Shown in pieces: positions 59,504-64,000 of a stretch of 64,000 bases of DNA. Positions within the stretch are counted from its first letter, which is position 1. Each line of letters begins with the position of its first letter. The stretch spans positions 186,001 through 250,000 of the forward strand of contig JAPETS010000028.1 of the NCBI GenBank assembly GCA_026023565.1. Direction: 5' to 3'. The notes beneath the pieces were generated by a model. That model was not told where the DNA came from, made no database searches, and was given only the letters and a program-made list of their open reading frames with translations. Both the position numbers and the translations under genes were made by a program. The DNA comes from Cirrosporium novae-zelandiae (lineage: Eukaryota).

Positions 59504-60871
59504 TTATAGAGCCTGGATCTTTGCCTTGAGGATAGCCTTGAGGGTTACCGCATCAGCAGCGAATTTTGAGATACCCTCCCGGAGCTTCTCGACCGCCATG
59601 GCCTCCTCGTTGAAGTCAAATCGGAACGTGGCTTCATCGGAAATGTACGCCTTCTTTGGGATATCAAGGGTGGCAGCCTGAGCAGCATCGAGCTTCTTGG
59701 GGACAGCCTCCTTGGAGTTGTAGAGGTTTTCGAGGAGGTTGGGGGAGATGGTCAGGTAGTCGCATCCGGCCAACTCGGTGATTTCACCAATGTTTCGGAA
59801 TGAGGCTCCCATGACGATGGTGTTGTAGCCGTACTTCTTGTAGTAATTGAAGATGCTCTGGACGCTCTTGACGCCAGGGTCTTCGGTGGGGGCAAAGTCC
59901 TTCTTCATGGCAGCTTTGTACCAGTCGAGAATTCGGCCAACAAAGGGTGAGATGAGGAAGGCACCGGCTTCGGCAGCAGCAATAGCTTGGACGAGAGAGA
60001 ACATAAGGGTAAGATTGCAGTTAATACCCTTCTTTTGAAGGATCTCGGCAGCCTTGATACCCTCCCATGTTGAAGCAATCTTAATCAGAATACGCTCCTT
60101 GGGAATGCCAACGGATTTGTAGAGCTAGTGGTTCGTTAGTGTGGGTTCACTGAACAGGAGAACCTAGCGATTGCGCACCTCGATGATGTGAAGGGCTTTG
60201 TCGACAGAAGCTTGGGTATCGAAAGAGAATCGGGCATCGACTTCCGTCGAGACTTTTCCTGGGACAATCTCCAAGATCTTGCTGCCGAATTCTACCAATA
60301 GACGGTCGAGAGCGGCGTCAACCTGGCTGTCAAGGTCTTTGCCCTATTTATAAATAGACTTTAGCTTCACCGCCATTCTAATTGTATCGTCTATCGTCGA
60401 GTTTACGATAAGACCTATGTTGAGGGTGACTAACGTGTTCCTTGCCATACTTGACAGCAGCGTCCGTGAGGGGGGCATATTCGGGTTTCTTGGAAGCAGC
60501 CAAGATCAGGGAGGGGTTGGTGGTAGCATCTTGAGGCTTATATTTGGCAATGGCTTCAAAGGATCAGTTGACATTCGAAATGTTATATCGCAAATGTGGG
60601 GTACTCACTAGCAAAGTCACCTAGCAAATTGTTAGCAATCAAGTCAAGGAATTGAAAGATGGGAGATGGGATCAGATAAACTTACCAGAGTCGCAGACGA
60701 CAGTCTAATTAATAGAAACAGAAAAATCAGCAAAAGATTCCCAATATCAAAAGAGTGTATTTTAGTTGAGGAAAAAGGTGTTGCGTGTGGCAAGAATCAT
60801 AGGTGTCATGGAGGGGTAAAAAAGGAACATACGGTGCCGCTGGCTTTGAGCTGATCTAAAGAAGAGGACAT
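59504..60871 (-). CDS. TAL1: Transaldolase
   Basis: [23 protein letters not shown]|...[35 protein letters not shown]. Five introns, with 19- and 12-nt microexons. Confidence 0.97.
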
Positions 60872-61640
60872 TGTGTTGTTTGAGGACTGAATTTTGAAGA
60901 GATTGATTGGGTATCAATGGAGTAAATAGATTTGTTGTTTTGAGTTTTGTTGAAGAGAATTGAGGGAGTACAGAAGAGAGAGGACAGGTCTTTTATTTGT
61001 TATTTTCGAGATACCCTTGAAATTTGCACCAAGTAGCTGTAGAAAGGCAAATAGAGGGATTGAGGGGGGGCGAGGAGGAAAAGTAAGGTGAGGTGAGGTG
61101 GTGGGGTGGGGGAAGTAAGTAACATGTTCGCTATGTCAGCCCACACTAACTTTTACGTCAGAGGCCAGTGAAGGGCCCTGGAGGGGCTGAATGATCAAGC
61201 CCGAAAGGCCATAGGCTCAGGCCAGCCTTAGGCCTTCTCTAGGCTTTCCCTGGCCGACCTTAGATCTCCTTGGTGTGTGTTGGAAATTGTGGTTCACCGG
61301 TTTACCTCTTCCACTCTCATCAAACTCGGGTTAGGCCTCCGCTTTGCAACTCATAAGCTACCGTAACATGCAGATAATCGGAAAGAAAACAAAAAAGAAT
61401 AAAATCTTATTACTTTTAGCACAAAAGTCGTCGTCTACTTGGTACAGTGACACTGCACCCTCTCAACCATGGTACTGAAAAAAATTGGAGACATGGCTAC
61501 ACAAACCTACCAGCCTCACAAGCTATACGATGATCAAAACTTCATAAACACCATCTCCGAATCCCTTGTATCCTCTCGGTGTCTTCCGTAGCTATGGATC
61601 CCGAAATGGAAGAAATTAAATAACAAAAGAGAAAGAATCA

Positions 61641-61695
61641 GAGAGACCCAGAGGGACCCAGAGGAACCCAGAGAGACCAAGAGAGACCAAGAGAG
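61641..61695. repeat. Decamer minisatellite (GAGRRACCMA) x5.5
   Basis: gagagaccca gagggaccca gaggaaccca gagagaccaa gagagaccaa gagag. Confidence 0.85.
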
Positions 61696-61876
61696 TTTTT
61701 AGCCACAGCGGACATTCCTACCCGACTGACCAAATCCGGACATCCTCACCCGATATCTACATGGTCTAAATCCTGGAGATCTCAAATCATCTCACATGAG
61801 ATCCGATGTATAGCCAGATGGTTCCCTTCAAATATCAAAGCCTCCAAATGAAACCTACCTTTTTCTACGAAGCCTT

Positions 61877-63819
61877 CTAAAGAGACGGGCGAAGGAGATC
61901 CAGTTTTGCTTCTTCCCGCAATATCCTCTTCAAGATCTTGCCGCTCGCGTTTTTGGGTATCGCCTCCATAAATCTAACTCCTCCAGTGAGCCGCTTGAAA
62001 CTTGCCAACCGCGATCTGGTGTAGTTTATCACTTCCTCCTCTGTCAATTTTGCTCCCTCCGGACTTGGTCTCCTGACTACATATGCCCTCGGGAATTCCG
62101 TCTCATGGCGATCGAATTGCACTCCGATTACCGCCGCGTCAACGATATGAGGATGAGATAATAGAATCGCTTCAATTTCAGGAGGGGCAACTTGGAACCC
62201 TCGGACTTTGATGAGTTCCTAAATATCATCTCAGAACTTGTCTATTTATCTGTTGCATATTATAGCATCTGAGCTTGACTAACCTTTTTCCTATCAATAA
62301 TGTACCATAGTTTACTCTTGCCGTCACAGAAACCTATGTCTCCCGTTTTGAAGAATCCTTCCGAATCAAATGAATCTGTATTCGCCTTGGGGTTTTCGAA
62401 ATATCCGTTGGTCACCGTAGGACCGCGAAGACAAATCTCTCCTTGAACATCATACCCAGTGATGTCTTTACCATCGTCGTCTATCAACCTAGAGTACTAT
62501 GTTAACAACCTGAATGCCACAACAAATGAAACTCTTACTTTGCATCAAGGTTGGGTAAAAATCTACCCACACTACCTGTGCTATCTCTTTCTGGATATGC
62601 AATGCGGGTAGCAATACAGCTTGTTTCAGTCATACCCCAAACCTGGGTAAATGGTGCGCCATCTGCTAATAGAGCCTCGAATCGACCCTGTGGTTCTTTG
62701 CCCAAAGGAGCCGCGCCACAGGTGGCAGCACGAACGGATCTGAGACTATATTTATTCGTGATTGGAGACATGATGGTGGCGATTACGATTGGAGGTACAA
62801 TTCCAAGATCGGATATCCGATATTTTTCTATACTCGCCAGAAAGTATTCAAGTTCGAATCGACGTAAAACATAACCCGTGGCTCCCTCGCGAAGACATGC
62901 AGTATGGGCGGATGGGAATATTGCTGCATGAAACATCGGCATGCATAGTATTCTCGAACGCTAAGCCAGGTAAGCATGGAGACCAAGCAACATTCAAAGG
63001 ATTGTCGAAATTACCTCATGGGGGCAAGGAACTATCTCCACAACCAGCGTGTGTTCAGCGATAAGATTGTGGTGAGAAAGCATGGCTGCTTTGGGTAACC
63101 CAGTTGTCCCCGAGCTAAACAGCCTGGCAGCAGTCGTATTTTTAGACATTTCTTCATCATCAAAACAAACCCAGTCTTGCTCCCCATGCTGCATCAATGT
63201 TGTCCACGAGCAGAATCCCTTTGGTAGCTGTTGTCCGGAATTATCAAATACCCATATGTTTTCCGTCGGGATATGACATTCCTTGCCTGCTGCAAGCAGA
63301 GGTTCAAATATCTCCGGTTCTGATATCAAATATTTTACCTTCGCGATCTTGATATTATGAATCAATTCGTGTTGCGTATACGCGGGATTGGTCCCAGTGA
63401 AGACACCTCCAGCGGCAATAACACCGAGAACCACCATCGGATAATTAACCTAGCGAACATTAAGTGAGCGCTTCCATAGCAATCATAACCAATGCCAGAA
63501 AAAGCGCGCAAGATAGCAATAAACATACATCGTTAAAGCCATGCAAGCAAACGCAATCACCCCTTTCCAATCCCGCAGCCCTAAATCCAGCAACGAGCTT
63601 TCGAATAATGGACCGAGCCTGTTTAGCTGATATCGACCTAGTCGGATTTTTGGCATCGATATATATCTTTACTAGAAAGTCAGACGGATTGATTCGATGA
63701 ATATCAAATTAACAACTCACCGGCTTATCCCAATCATATCTCATACCAGCATTATCAAACATCCAACTAACAAGATCCTTGGTGGGAATCGAAACGTGTT
63801 TCTGTGCCAAAAATACCAT
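61877..63819 (-). CDS. 4-coumarate-CoA-ligase-like AMP-binding acyl-CoA synthetase
   Basis: FSSGTTGLPKAA, QVWGMTE, FFKTGDIG, IIDRKK|ELIKVRGFQVAPPEIE, PKNASGKILKR. Five introns. Confidence 0.92.
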
Positions 63820-64000
63820 GATTAAACGTAATGATAGTATAATGAATCTTAAAAAGAAAAATGAGATTCTAAAAATCAACGACAAGACAGGATTGCATGT
63901 ATGTATGCAACTATCATAATTCTCCTAACTGTAGGATACACCCTGCAAGATATACTTGGTTGTGCGTGGACTGTCTATCTCGCAGTTCTCATCCAGCCCA

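Noticed and set aside
59490..59506. Stop-codon readthrough giving a cryptic PTS1 on TAL1 (also checked for SOD1 and the 4CL-like gene)
   Set aside because: No TGA-CTA context, and the downstream codons reach another stop without an SKL-like ending.
55962..63819. Secondary-metabolite cluster (isochorismatase plus 4CL-like ligase)
   Set aside because: The two genes are separated by housekeeping SOD1 and TAL1, and no PKS, NRPS, transporter or cluster regulator is in the window. Sequence beyond 64 kb is unseen.

Overview
Eukaryotic, gene-dense, intron-rich DNA from a filamentous ascomycete (Pezizomycotina-type GT..CTRAY..YAG introns). About 29 protein-coding genes can be assembled by hand, mostly housekeeping: PP2C (partial), AXL2, a GNAT, EFM6-like methyltransferase, MPP10, an SPX/VTC-like protein, SKI8, MRPL32, CDC10 septin, GUK1, RUD3, NOP15, SMN, a cupredoxin, SERF/4F5, a MYND/DUF4470 protein, GET1, a GH20 hexosaminidase, Tctex-1, ARD1, an isochorismatase, SOD1, TAL1 and a 4CL-like acyl-CoA ligase. 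I found no tRNA, rRNA, CRISPR or intact transposon. The best leads are: (i) a 696-aa modular protein with a GW/WG (Argonaute-hook or prion-like) repeat; (ii) two non-coding islands with internal repeat structure (an ATGAAAT start-stop array at 34.8-35.1 kb and a degenerate tandem array at 53.5-55 kb); (iii) a GUK1 intron with two complete 3' ends, one giving a premature stop, plus an in-frame mitochondrial-like presequence; (iv) SMN and SERF/4F5 as near neighbours, as at the human SMA locus; (v) a recurring intergenic palindrome ACCTAGGT. All gene models and counts were made by eye, without database searches.
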